A DNA stretch of 62,960 bases, the filler included, from Sphacelaria rigidula (Eukaryota), in NCBI GenBank assembly GCA_964200075.2. It is 11 parts of 11 records of this genome, joined end to end, with 100 filler letters (N's around TTAATTAATTAA, not from the genome) between each part and the next. Parts side by side here need not be neighbours in the genome. Positions count along the whole stretch, not along the records: positions 22,933 to 28,565 come from CAXNAA020025705.1; positions 28,666 to 34,298 come from CAXNAA020025706.1; positions 34,399 to 40,031 come from CAXNAA020025707.1; 8 more parts are not named here. The stretch is one strand, 5' to 3'. The notes beneath the pieces were generated by a model. The model worked only from the letters and a program-made list of their open reading frames with translations. It was not told where the DNA came from and did not search any database. Position numbers and translations under genes: made by a program. Positions within the stretch are counted from its first letter, which is position 1. The number at the start of each line of letters is the position of its first letter. Positions 25,130-38,300 of this stretch are shown here, in pieces.

Positions 25130-25584
25130 GTATGTACCAACGGTTGTACCGCACCCCTTTTACACGTACCGCTGTGCTGACTGTACTGCATGGCACGGCG
25201 GGGGAAACGTTCCTTGTCTAGCCTGTCTTTATGTCGCCTGTTCTCCGAAAGCGTCGAAAATACGATGCCGACTGGAATGGCGGTCTGTCTGCGTTGTTTT
25301 GATATCACGGCGATTGCTTCACGATGTTCGCAGCTGCAACAGATCAATCCGGGATCGTCCTGTAACTGAGGCAAGAGTCAGAGCGACAATGTACATACGA
25401 AGACGGGTTCGCTTTGTGGTTAATGCCGACATCGACCTCTAAAAGACCTGCCCGCCCTGATGGAAAAATGGTGCAGTATGCGCCTTCCACTGCCTCTGAG
25501 ACAACTTGGACTATATGGTCGAACTATCTACCGGCCCAAGTTCATTGTATAACAGCACTGACTCCCGCGCCCCCCCTCCGTTTA

Positions 25585-26605
25585 CGGTGTATACCACCCC
25601 CGGGTGATGAGTTTTTGTCCACCGACGGTGATATGTAAGGGTGCGAATAATGTATGACGTGTTTTATCCCTGGGTTATAATGTGAACGCCCTAGATGCAC
25701 AAGACCCAGGGAATCTCGCTGCCCAAGGGTACGGGGGGCGGAGGGGGTGCTATATTCGCGCTTTGGAATATCTAGTCCTCAGATCCCTGCTGATACCAAA
25801 GCACCCATTCACAGCGGGACAATCCGTGTCCATGGTACCATGTACCTCTATATGTTTCTACATGGTTACTCCTGTACGCCATCCCAACGTGGAGCATGGC
25901 AGCTAATGTGTGTGACACTCGTATCATATTTGATGTCGACCAATGGGTGTTGAGTTTTCACCGCCGCGGTTGGTCATGGTATTCATTATTTCATTCCTCC
26001 ACCAAAAGATAGGGGTGATATACAACGTATTGATCACCAGGGTGTCGACCAGCGTAGTACCGAGAGCAATACAGCACTGTACAGTGGTGCGACAGTACTA
26101 TAGTATATAGGGAGCTTGTTGTGGGCTAGAGCGGCCCTGACGTAATAAAATATCATATCATGAATATTCACTTTTTCGTGGGAAATTCTCTTATGAAATC
26201 CAAGCATGTTGAGCACCAAATTGCCTGATATTGGTAATATTCTTCAACCACACATGACAACATTCGAAATAAATTGTATCGTACCATGTGCCGATGATGC
26301 GCCTTATGGCCATACGCATCCCCAGTGATGTGATACCAAACCGAAAACCGACTACCGCGTGGTGTTATTCAATAGCGGTGGGTAGGGGTGATAATACAAC
26401 GTGAGGGTGATATCGTGCACTGTACTGTAGCCCATGAGTGATGCCAATTGTGCATGGAGCTTATCTTAGTAAATGTAGGATTGAGCCCGTGCTCAGTGTA
26501 CCTTATGCGTGACAAAAGTGCTGTAGATTCACCCGTTCGCCGTGAATTCTTAAGAGCTCAAAAACTCATTACCCGGGGGTACAATTTCGGTGGGTGGTAT
26601 ACCAC
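25585..26605. mobile_element. ~1-kb TIR element (non-autonomous)
   Basis: TATACCACCCCCGGGTGATGAGTTTTTG mirrored by CAAAAACTCATTACCCGGGGGT...GGTGGTATA. Confidence 0.5.
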
Positions 26606-26783
26606 GTACCACGATACAATTCCGTAAATACCGGCATGGTGCCAGACATGGCCGAAAATCTGTCATCCTGGGTTGTTTTCCATTCAGGATGAAATTGCAT
26701 CTAGCGCACGGTCTTATCACTGCGTCGCATGAAATAAGATTTCGGACTCGTATCGTGTGCGATCGCTTCTGTCTCCACGACAG

Positions 26784-27054
26784 ACCATGGTTCACAGCGG
26801 CGCTCTGTGGTCGTCCTGACCCACGACTGCTCCAACCGTTGCCGCCGCAGACGCCGGGCTCACGGCGACAGACGGCCGGGCACTACTGCTATGCCCAGAG
26901 ATTGTTACTGAGTACCTCGGCAACAGGTGGTGATCGCGCAGGCAGTGATGCACAGGCGGCAAGGAGAGTGGAAGGGGGAAAAGCCGGTGGCTCGGTGGCG
27001 GAAGCTGGTGCGGAACAACAGCCTGGCGACGATGAAGGCGGGCCTATACAGAAG
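26784..27054 (+). CDS. Candidate internal exon, hypothetical protein
   Basis: Acceptor TTCTGTCTCCACGACAG, donor GTATTT, open phase 2 to 0 (PWFTAALCG...GDDEGGPIQK). Confidence 0.45.
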
Positions 27055-27444
27055 GTATTTGTCGATTGTGTCGGGGGTCCTGTCGGTGCACTGTTGTATC
27101 GCACTGCGAAACACTCCACACCAAGATCCGGTGGTGGGGGAACATTCGACCAATGCGCCTTGGCCCTTCAATAGTACAGCTGAACATAAGTACCATTTCG
27201 CTGCGTATATATTTTTCAAGTTGTTTTATATCCTCCCACCCTTCTCCCCCTTGGAACGAGCCCTAGTATTGTTGGATCATCTCAACCCATCCCTCCGCCG
27301 ATCTATAGCTGCGCTGTACTTTCACTATCAGTTATTGGCAGCACTCAGTCACTCCCGCGGCTACCCTCGCAAAACAACGCAAACGCCTCGTGCTTCCTCC
27401 TGTTTGAGCCATAATAATGTTTTATTAGACTGTTGCTCTGGCAG

Positions 27445-27549
27445 GTAGCCGTGGAGTGTCTGAAAGACCTCGAAGCTCTTCGCGAAGACGATGTCTCGTC
27501 GGGAGGAACAAGTCACGATGCGACGCAACGAATTCGACGTTTCTGCTGA
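27445..27549 (+). CDS. Candidate terminal exon of the same gene
   Basis: Acceptor TGTTGCTCTGGCAG; phase 0 VAVECLKDLEALREDDVSSGGTSHDATQRIRRFC*. Confidence 0.45.
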   Translation, partial: VAVECLKDLEALREDDVSSGGTSHDATQRIRRFC

Positions 27550-27849
27550 CGTCCTGTAGTTGGTCACTTTCGGTACCACCTCCTCTGCCCCCCCGACCCT
27601 CCGAGAAGTGTGCAAAAAAGTGGGGGGGGGGCTGCTGTAAAATGACGTATCTTGGTGCGATCTGGTTCGAGTCTCGTTGACAGTCACTTTGCTTACTTGG
27701 GGAAACATGAACGTAACAAGCACACGTGGCGCGTGCACAGGTGTGATGTAGGGCTCTACCACAAGTGCGCCATTACCGTGGAAGGCTTTTCACTCCCCAC
27801 TCGCATAAAAAACCATGACTCAAGCCGGTGATGCCAAATTTGCTGCGCA

Positions 27850-28368
27850 CTATGTACTGGGTTTTTGGTGGGATTCGTTTCACAAGTGGATGGGAGCGGA
27901 GGATTGGGTATCGTGTCGGATGTACTCTGGAAATAGCGCAACGAACGGTGATGAAGAAACCGTTTTTTTTTTTTTGCAACTTCCTTGCTGTGTAATACTC
28001 ACACCCTGGGCAATAATAGGTAATGTACTGAGTAAAGTACTGGTCTACTGCAACTATTATCGGTCCGGCAATAGTTGCAACAGGAAAAAATGTAGTGCGT
28101 GAAAGTATAGGCCTGTTGTAACTATTGTCGATCAGGCAAAAGTAGCACTAGACCTCTACTCTACGCAGTCCAGTTTTTTCTGTTGCAACTATTTGACGAC
28201 ATATTGTCAAGGGTGCGAAATTTACACAACAACAAAGGTGAAAGAAAAAACAAATGTTTCTTTCATCACCGTTCATTGCGCTATTTCTAGAGTACATCCG
28301 ACACGGATCCCCAATCCTCGGCTTCCATCCACTTGTGAAACGAATCCCACCAAAAACCAAGTACATAG
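27850..28368. repeat. Large foldback, arms ~165 bp, with GCAACTATT..CCGGCAATAGTTGC hairpin units in the loop and just beyond the right arm
   Basis: CTATGTACTGGGTTTTTGGTGGGATTCGTTTCACAAGTGGATGG...CGGTGATGAAGAAAC mirrored at 28255-28368. Confidence 0.9.
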
Positions 28369-28472
28369 GGAGGACCGTACTGAGTGAAGTATAGGCCTAT
28401 TGCAATTACTGTCGGTCCGGCAATAGTTGCAGTATATCTATACTTTGCGCATTTTTTCTCGTGGAAAATCTC

Positions 28473-28509
<37 letters not shown>

Positions 28510-29348
28510 ATGTCCTTGTCTCTCCCTGTTGTACGCTCGCATTTCCGTTTTTATGATTCCCAAGCNNNNNNNNNNNNNNNNNNNNNNNNNNNNNNNNNNN
28601 NNNNNNNNNTTAATTAATTAANNNNNNNNNNNNNNNNNNNNNNNNNNNNNNNNNNNNNNNNNNNNTCGCCGAGCGAGGACACACGAAGGACACGGGTGAG
28701 GAGCTTCCCCTCTGTCGTTGCTTCTCTCTCTGGTGATATAGTCATCGACACGCGTGTACACCGCACTCGTTAGGGGCACCTAGCCACAGCTGCTTAACTG
28801 CTGCGGACATTTGGGAGGGAAGATGGCTTTACTCGGTCGTACGTGTTTCGCGTCATCCCTGCAAAACGAAATGCCGCTTCAACCTCATTTTTGAGATGGA
28901 TCTCATTTTTCAGGATCCGCTGCTTTATGCCGATGTAAAGGGTGCACATGTGGGCTTAGGTGTTTCTCTTTCATGGGCTGCCAACGTTAGCTACTGAAAA
29001 ATATTGGTCAGAATACTTGTTTTGAAAATAATCCGGGACGTGTCATGAGGGGCATATTAGCCTGTTGTCATGCCGTATCAGACCCGTCGATTAGTCCGGC
29101 TTTTACATTTCATCCAGGCTAGTTTAAGACTGCAGGTCTGCTTAGAGTTATTCCGGTACGAGTGTGAACTTGTACAAAGCAGCGATGGCAATATGGTGTG
29201 CTTGGGTATGTCGTGCCATATCCAAGCCACTACATTCCTCTCTCAGCAAGGAAGTCCAACACCGGTGAGACTGATTGGTTGAGCGTGAGAGATTGGGTGC
29301 TGTGAAGGCTGACATCAAGTAAGCGAGAGTATATATTTTCTACCGACG

Positions 29349-30295
29349 CGTGACATCCTGATACCTTGACGCATACGTGTGAGGTTGGTACGCAGTGTGA
29401 ACGTACACTGTTCAGTATCGGTGCCTTTTTTGTGCGGCTTGGTTGTCCAGTCTACTGACTGGCCCCTTGCCTTGCCGAGTGAGCCTGTGCTTGCCTTATA
29501 TACAGCACAATCTTATTACATTTGGCGTTTGACTAAGGAGTCCCCTCTCTTGCAAATGTGTTTCCCTTCTCACCACAGACTGTATCTCTGCTTGTCGAAC
29601 TACGTGCGCGTGGTTCGCGTTTGAGTGATTTTCTCTCCTCGGTCTTTGGTTGTTTGTAGGAACATTCTACCTAGCTGTCTCCCAACTGATGTGTCAGTTG
29701 TTAGCTACTGCAAAGCATTCCCCTTTGTGAGTCATGCTACGATAGGGGGGGGGTGTTCGACTCCACCAACAAATTGGCTCATAGGTGCGTCAGATGACCC
29801 CACACCCTCGCGATGTGCTTGTTTTTGGATAAAAGCGATGTCAAACAGTATAAATGAGCGTTACAAATCGGAAGTAAGCACGTTCGAATTACCGTTGCTG
29901 CTATCAACGACGATTGCAAGTAGAACTTCGTGAAAGAAAGCGGCCCAAATACCCCCCCCCCTATCGTAGCATGACTCTTGTGTTACCCTGTACATTTTGC
30001 TCGCGACTCGCGACTCTTGCTGCTTGCTGCAGCGTTTGACTGCACGCCTTGTGCCACGCTGGGTCAAGCGCGCATCGACGCGCCAACCCCACTTTGCTGT
30101 GTTTGCTGTGCACTTCGCCAATACGCACCTGCACTACACGTGCGTGCTACCGTTCTTGCACCTGCACAACGCACCCATCCCTGGTCGTCTAGTACAGACA
30201 CAGTCACACGCCCAGTCATCGCTGGCTCGAGTACTTTGCGTGGTTGCTCTCTCTTTTCTGACAGAACAAGTTTTCTCCTACAAAACATTGTTACA
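29349..30295 (+). repeat. Putative 5' LTR of the downstream Ty3/gypsy element (contains a MITE)
   Basis: GTGACA...TGTTACA imperfect inverted ends upstream of gag/pol relics; no clear PBS and no second LTR. Confidence 0.3.
29729..29977. mobile_element. Sola2-like MITE (GAG termini, 4-bp TSD TTGT)
   Basis: TTGT|GAGTCATGCTACGATAGGGG ... CCCCTATCGTAGCATGACTC|TTGT. Confidence 0.88.
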
Positions 30296-30979
30296 GGAAA
30301 CACCACACAGGGTGCATCGTTGTTACACCGTCTGCTGCTGTTCCTGGCCTGTAGTCCTTTGGCAAGTCAGCAATCCTGCCGCTTTCGCATTTCAGTATCG
30401 ACTGTACACGACCTCTTGCACTTTTCCACGGGCCCTATCGTAAGGCAACCCTTTCCCCCCACCAGGTGACCGCGGACATCTGCACACGAGATTCCTACTC
30501 GTTCTGGCACCTTCGCTGCGTCGCGATATACGTCAATCCTAGCTAGTTTGTTTTGTTGTTCTCTTCTTGGGTGCTTCGCACATCTGTAGAGCGGCGCCGT
30601 ACAACACCGCGATTATTAGCAATACACAGCCTAAACGGTTGTGATATTTTCTACACTGAACCCCTCTCGGCTAAAACATCTTTATCCCGAGACGCGTTCC
30701 ATTCGCGACAATACCGTGACATTTCAACCTACCAGTCGCTGGTTGTTCTCCCTCACAACTCAGATACTTGTGGCGATTACACGCCGCGTTGATAAATTCC
30801 AGACCTACGCTAACTGCTCATTTGGAGCACACGGCACTCAAAACCAGTGCCCTTTGATGTGTAAACCTTTTTGGGACACGCCTTTCGCGTTGCCCCTACT
30901 GCGCACTACGTTAACTTTGTTTTTATATAACTACGTTATCGCCACGGTGGTGTGTGACGACAAGCCTTCGCGCTGTACT

Positions 30980-31125
30980 ACGCCGCACGACCCTACGGTA
31001 TTCAATTTCCAGTTTTTGCCAAACTTTTGCATTGCCCTACGCCGCACGACCCTACGGTACTCATTTCAAGCTTCTATTGAAGCTTTTGCACTACCCTAGG
31101 CCGCACGACGCTACGGTACTCATCT
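30980..31125 (+). repeat. 3 x ~60-bp tandem repeat in the presumed retrotransposon leader
   Basis: GCCGCACGAC(C/G)CTACGGTA at ~30981, ~31041, ~31100. Confidence 0.8.
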
Positions 31126-32974
31126 CTTTTGTTTCTGAGTACCGTCAGTCGTTTCTCAGGTTAAGCCGGGGTAATATAGTCGTGGTCTGCCCCTGATGCC
31201 GACACCTCCGTAAAAACGTGTAAGTTGTACTTCTTTTCGGTACCAATGCCTCTAGACGAATCATTTGGATTTGTGCATTTTTCGACGCCGTGCGCCTCTT
31301 CCGTGCGCGATTCCGAATTCCCGTTGCTAGCTATTACCGCCACAACTTGGATAGTTGTATTGGAAACAGACCTCCGACGTTGTTGTTACATACAGCAATT
31401 AGCTTGAATAACAATACTCGAGTTCATCAGGTTCCAACCGAAGGTCCCTCCAAGCGCTATTAGACTTTATTACCCCGTATTTCTGGATACACGCTTCGGC
31501 CGTTGCACCTAGCATTTCTTGGTGTCACGCATCCTTGATTTGAGCCCGACGACCACACACACACTGCTCCTACTTTTCTAAGAACACAAGTTGCGCACGA
31601 CTAGCTTCATGTCGCACAGAAATAGCGCCGACTCTTCCCCTTTTTTGGTAAAACCACCGCTTCGCCGGATACGGAGCCAAACTACTGGCAGTTCGAAGTA
31701 CTTTGATGTGAGTAGCGCGTCACCTCCGACTACTCGACGAACGTACGCGAGCGCTGCTTGATCTTTGGGATTTGAATACCAACTTTCGAGCACTGCTCGT
31801 CCTTCGGGGCTTGATGAAGAGACCATGACGCCGCGACCTGTTCTCTCCAGTACCGATTCGGACTCAAAGAACAGGACTGTGCCACTGGCTGAGTCATTGA
31901 CTTCTGACAGAGATGTCGGTGAATCCATAACGGTAGATTCCGCAGCACCCTTCTCGCTCCGGCCTGTTCTTCCGGATCCCGATATGGGACCCGAAGAGAA
32001 TGTACCCCAGCTGAGTCGTTGCCCCTGGACATACGTGTCCAGCATGGCCCTGTACCGGTTGCTTCAACCGTGGCACCCCGTCGAATGACGATTGACAAGG
32101 CTCGAGACGACTCAATCCCTACGGAGCATATCGCTTCTGGAGCAAGAGATCTTGTCACGCGGGGTGCTTCCATTACGAACCCCAATCGGCCCACTCTCAG
32201 CAGTCCAATGCTCCCTGCCTCGTGGTCCAGTCTCGGACCAGCGGTCGCGGCCATGCATTCTGCCCTGCAGAATCTACCTCGGCCGTTCTCGGCATCGGCG
32301 GACACGCCAGTCCCAGCTCTAATCGAGGCATTTACGGCTTTTTGTCACGCCGCGTTCCAAGATCAATTGGTCTCCGCTCACGTGCAATTCAATGATGACT
32401 CTGCACCTACCGCGCCTGCACCCGTACGTTTGGTGCCCCGATCGGCAACACCGCGATCTCCGTTCGTCTCTCATGAGAGTTTCAACGGACACGAGTCCAG
32501 CCCCTCCTCCACTTCGCACCAAAGTCTTGCTCCCGCTTCTGGACGGCGCCGCACACCGACAGTTGGTCACGACGACGTCACCCGTGCTGGCATTCCCACA
32601 GACAACTCCCGGCATAGCTTCAAATCATAGCGCGTCCTCACACACCCGAATAATGCCGATTGTAGCAGCATATACGAAGGTAGCTCACGACACAGCTCCA
32701 ATTCATCGCGTGCTCCCACGCGCCTGATGAATGCCGGCCGTGACCGTACTCACGAGGATAGTTCGCGGCACAGATCGAATTCATCGCGCGCCCAGTCGCG
32801 CTCGAAGAACGCCGATCATGCAACCGCGCGCACCCCTCCTGCTTCATCCCGGTTAATACCGTACACACTGCCTGCATCCATCATACATTTTTGGACATGT
32901 CACCGGCTCTCGAATCCTCACTAGATGGATCCAGCCGAAATTCGTCGCTTCTGGAGCTTTTCAGAATGCTTTTC

Positions 32975-34242
32975 ATCCTGACACAGTCACCACTAACGGC
33001 GTTTGGTACCTCGTCTGGATTCTACGAGTGGCTTTGAACGCCACAAGGCGCTACCACTGCCCCGGGATGTTTTCAATGTTTAATGGAACGCGTCACCGAG
33101 GGCCTCGAGCACATCATCATGTACCTAGATGACGCTATCGCTTTCGATGCCTCACCTATTGCACATATCCGCGCTCTACGAGAATTTTTCTCTCGCCTAC
33201 GCACACACGGTCTGAAACTGTCTCCATCCAAAGCTCGCCTTGGTGCGACTGACTTGGATTTCCTGTGCCATTCTATTTCACCAGCAGGACTACGTCCGGA
33301 TATAAACAAAGTCAGGGCGATGACTGACTGGCCGACGCCAACTAACATATCTCAACTTCGCTCATTGTTGGGCGGACTATCCTACTACTGTATGTTTTTG
33401 CCAAATTTATCCAAACGGATTCGCCCCCCGACGGAGTTACTCAAGAGAGGAGCCGTGTTTACCTTCACAATCGATATGGAGAATATCACCCGCGAATTGC
33501 TAAAGACGCTTACCGAAAAGCCGGTGCTCTGTTTTCCTGATTAGGAGGCAGTACGAGATGGTTCTCGCCTTTTCGAACTTCACACTGACGCCGGCACAGC
33601 CGGATTTGGAGGATTTCTGAATCAATCTCAGGTTGATGGCTCCGTTCGACCCATCCTCTACATCAGCCGCGCCACCCTGCCCAACGAGGCCAACTAGAGC
33701 CCGCTAGAATAGGAAGGTGGAGTAATCACGTGAGCTATCAAGCGTCTTCGACAATATCTGTTTCACGGGCCTTTTGAGATTTATACGGATAATGTAGCAC
33801 TCGAACAACTCGCCAAGGTCGGCGAACACAACCCGCGTGCACAACGATGGTTGGAGTTTCTAACAGTTTCCAGTATACCATCAAGCACCGTCCAGGCAAA
33901 ACCAATGGGAACGCTGATCTTCTTTCTCGACTACCCATGCCGCCTACAGCCGCAGACTCCAGTCCGGCTTGCCGTTCAACGGAGCCCGACGAACCTGGAA
34001 TTTACCCGGTTAGACGTTATTCAACGCCCGTTTACGCCCTCGACCTAGAGTGCCCAGAAACTGGTATGCATATGGGAGGACCTCGCCCTTTACCATATGA
34101 TGCCGTCCTGGGTGGGTCAGCACTCACTACCTCCGATGTTGTCGATTTCCGCACTTTCGGTACTCACGCGAAGGTTTTCACAGAGACACCTTCGGTCGCC
34201 CACCTAATCTCCGATAACACGCGCTCCCGGTCTGCCGCCCGC

Positions 34243-34245
<3 letters not shown>
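32975..34245 (+). pseudogene. pol: Decayed Ty3/gypsy pol (RT and RNase H)
   Basis: TAFGTSSGFYEW, YLDD, LRSLLGGLSYY, LHTDAG, AIKRLRQYL..FEIYTDN, QRWLEFL, HRPGKTNGNADLLSRLP; stops at 33542, 33695, 33710, 33731 and a frameshift near 33870. The P/S-rich ORFs at 31600-32630 may be gag relics. Confidence 0.93.
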
Positions 34246-34298
<53 letters not shown>

Positions 34299-34399
34299 NN
34301 NNNNNNNNNNNNNNNNNNNNNNNNNNNNNNNNNNNNNNNNNNTTAATTAATTAANNNNNNNNNNNNNNNNNNNNNNNNNNNNNNNNNNNNNNNNNNNNG

Positions 34400-34625
34400 G
34401 GGAGGTGGGGGGGACCGTACTGAGGGAGGAAAATCTACATGTAAAACGGAAACGAGCACACCGAGCAGCTAGCTGGGAACTCCAATGCTTGCGACCATTT
34501 TCGTCAATGTTACCTTTGTGAGAGGCTTCATGAGGTCTGAAAAAGTGGCCATCGTACGCTTGTGGCCATTTTTCGCCCTTCAGTTTCAGGCTGGTTCGGG
34601 GGGAGAAGGGGGCTATCGCGGCCAT
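34400..34625. mobile_element. Diverged relative of the GACAC MITE family
   Basis: CGAGCACACCGAGCAGCTAGCTGGGAACTCC...GCTTCATG...GGCTGGTT..GGGGGCTATCG parallels 9480-9726. Confidence 0.5.
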
Positions 34626-35070
34626 CACTTACACGTGTGTTCGATAGCCCAACACTGTCGTATTCCACCAATTTCCGTTTGGACGACTCGACGATTTCAA
34701 GGTAGGGTACACCGGCTGAAAGTCCAGTACTTACCCCAGTACTCAAGAGGTATTTTGTCGGTAAAAATACCCTTCCGGACCATACCGGAGTGTGTGCAAC
34801 TCGGCTCGACACCCTGCTGGACCAAACAGCTAATCTCGCTGTACGTTCACAGGTGTCAGACCTTTGCCTAACGCTCTCCTCGTGCTTGGGTCATCTTCCA
34901 CATTGATGGCGTTAACCCTCATCTGTCTTGTGTTTTCTCCATCTTTTCCCCTCAGGATCCCACCTTGTCCAGATTTTATTGTATCATCGTTATTATTATT
35001 TCCGCACATTAGTCGGATCTCGCGAACCTGTGGTCACGGAGTTTACATGGGGAAAATGTCGCAGGTTTCG

Positions 35071-35190
35071 TTCCATACTGTACGCAGTATATTTTTTTAC
35101 AACATGATGTTTTGTCATTGTCGTTGTCACCACACTCTGGATTATGACAATATATTTCGTTGTAAAAGACATACTGCGTAAAGTATGGAA
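35071..35190. repeat. Short foldback
   Basis: TTCCATACTGTACGCAGTAT..TTTTACAAC / GTTGTAAAA..ATACTGCGTAAAGTATGGAA. Confidence 0.75.
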
Positions 35191-35349
35191 TCTTCTGTCT
35201 GCTGCCATGGGCGCAATAGTTGACACTGTAATCAGTACAATTTTTGACGATGTATTTCATCCAGGATGTGGTTGTGACTACGGGTTTATAGATTCGTAGC
35301 CCATCAATTTCCTATATGCACCGACACAACAGTTTTCACTTGTTCCTCC

Positions 35350-38300
35350 ATGGTGGGTTCGATGTCATCCCAGCTTCTTGGAACGAAAAAAACACTGCTG
35401 CACACCCTCCGTCATCAACGCAGCGCCAGGGGACTAATTGTTAAGCGAACACGACAGCCCTTGAAAACTGCGGTAGTTTCGTCTCCAACAGCTACCGTAT
35501 ACACCTACCCTGGAACCTTTTCATGGAAATACTACTGGACGCTGGTTTGGTCGGTCACCATAGCTCAGCAAAAAAGCGCAAACTTCGATATGCAGCATTG
35601 GGCTGCCCTTGCATGAGCAAGCGAGCCTTCAGAAACGGCGGAAGTTGTGTTCTCTTCATAGCTACGGTTTGGACAACTACCGTACGCCTGGCAGACCGCT
35701 CAACATGAGGAATCCAACATTTCTCTGCTACTGCCTAGTGGCCTGCTCGCCGACTACAGCTTGATCTCAATGACACACCAGGGTAAGCTTTCCGGTTTCA
35801 ATCCAGCACTGAAAGAAAAAAACTTCCGTGTTGACCTTTCTCCTATGTAACCCCGGCTGGTGCGCCCACATATACCGAAAGGTGCAGACTGGCGTCCACA
35901 ATAGAAGGGACACCACACACACACACGAAACGCTGAGCTACTCTTGGACGAGCACGAGATGATGCTATTCCGGCGGAAGCTGTTGCTGAGAACAGCCCCT
36001 ATATACCTACCCTCGACATGCTCAACCCGTTTGGAACCCGTTGACGATCTGTGTTCTCGTGAATCGGCATCGTATCAACGGTCGGACAAATAATGATTCG
36101 TCAGTAAATTACTTGGTTTTAGTATGATGAGTCGACTCNNNNNNNNNNATATGTAGGTTTTATTTTAGCGTTGCAACCCAGGTACACGCAGCCCAGACAC
36201 GTGGAATGGCGCAAAAGTTGCGTAGATACCCCTTGGGCCGGCGATCAACTTCCCCCCCCCCCTTTGGGCAATCAGGCCGAAGAAATCGTGGATTTGGTGA
36301 TTGTGAGTCGTGACGATTTGACCTTAACCGTGCATAATATTAACTTGAAAATAACGGAAATTTCACCCAAACGAGAATGGCCGGATGTCTTTGAACAGGG
36401 TTCATTTCTTCGATATCACGATTTATTTCGTCGATGCTGGTCTTGTGGGTCACCATGGCTCAGCAAAAAAGCGCAAACTTCTGTATGCAGCACTGGGCTG
36501 CGCTTGCACGAGCAAGCGGGCCTTCAGAAACGGCGGAAGTTGTGTTCTCTTCATAGCCACGGTTTACACCACCACTTTAGGCATGGCGGACTGCTCAACA
36601 TGAGGAGTCCAACATTTCCCTGCGGCCTCCTGACCGCCTGATCGCCGACTACAGCTTGACCTCCTCAACAACACACCAGCGCCAGCTTTCTGGTTTAATC
36701 GAGCACTGAGCTACTCTTAGACAAGCACGAGATAATGCTATTATAGCGGAAGCTGTTGCTGAGAACAACCCCTATATTCACCTATCCTCCACGCTAATTT
36801 TCTCTTGCGTGACATTTCTTCTTCACCCATGCTGGTCTGGTCGGTCACCATAGCTCAGCAAAAGAGCGCAAACTTCAGTATGCAGCACTGGGCTGTCCTT
36901 GCATGATCAAGCAAGCCTTCAGAAACGGCGGAAGTTGTGTTTTCTTCATAGCGATGGTGGAGACCGCTCCTCCATTGTACATCCAGAGTCGTCTTGTGGT
37001 GGCGAGGCTTTCCAGCGTTTCTTCATCCTTCGAGTAAAACACGGCGCGAACTTTCCATACTTAATAAGCAGTGGACTGACTGTCCTTGAAAGAACACGAT
37101 GTCCTTCGGAGAACGCAAGAACTACGTTCCCTCAAAACTCCCCGACGTTCCCATCTAAGACGGGTTGGGTCTGCAATGATGTATTGAGGTCAGCTTGGTC
37201 TGGTTTTTGGCCATAGCTCAGCAAAAAAGCGCAAACTTCGATATGCAGCACTGGGCTGCACCTCCATGAGCAAGTGAGCCTTCAGAAACGGCGGAAGTTG
37301 TGTTCTCTTCATAGCCAAGGTTTACACCACTACCGTACGCCTGGCAGACCGCTCAACATGTGGACTCCAACATTCCCCTGCGCCCGCCTAATGGCATCAT
37401 CGCCGACTACAGCTCGACCTCCTCAACAACACACCAGCGCCAGGCTTCCGGTTTCAATCCAGCACTGAGCTACTCTTAGACAAGCACGAGATACCATTAC
37501 TATGGCGGAAGTGCTTGTTGAAAGCAACCCCTGTATGTACATCTATCCTCGACACGCTAATTTCTTCTTTCATCCCGATTTTTTTCTTCACCCGTGCTGG
37601 TCTGGTGGGTCACCATGGCTCAGCAAAAAGCGCAAACTTCAATATGCAGCACTGGGCTGCCCTTGCATAAGCAAGCGAGCCTTCAGAAACGGCGGAAGTT
37701 GTGTTTTCTTCATAGCTATGGTAGGGACCGCTTCTTCATTGTACACCCAGAGTCGTCTTATGGTGGTGAGGCTCCCGAGCATTTATGAAAAAAAAAATCT
37801 AAAAACATGGCGCGAACTTTTCATACCTACCCAGTAGTGGACTGACTGCCTTTAGAGGAACATGAGGTTTTTCGGAGAAGACGAAAAATGAGTTTTTTAA
37901 CAGCTCCCCCACGTTCGTACCTAGACGCGTTGGGTCTACAGCGATGTATTGAGGCCTTCTTCCTCATTGAGGTAGAATTTCTGGCATTTCTCCACCATTT
38001 CGTGTTGGTTCGCCATCAGACGTTTGCTCCGAAACGAAAACACAGTGCCAACTCGGAGCTCCCATCCAGCACTGGGGTATCGGAGAAGTGAAACGAGAGC
38101 TCTTGGAGAGGGCGGAAGCCGTGCTTTCCTCCTGCTACCGTACGTGACTTACCTCGAGAGCGTTCGGTCTCTCGGTACAACTGACCTCAGTACGCAGCAC
38201 TGGGCAGTATACGAGTAAAAACGCACACTCCTTACTCCAACAGCTCGCCAATGCAATCGAGTACCCCGTGAAGTATACGAAGAACGAGGCGAACGATGGG

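Noticed and set aside
34243..34298. Poly-C/poly-G runs giving poly-Pro ORFs or G-quadruplex candidates (also 22330, 45905)
   Set aside because: At scaffold or gap edges; lengths are unreliable and typical of short-read breakpoints.
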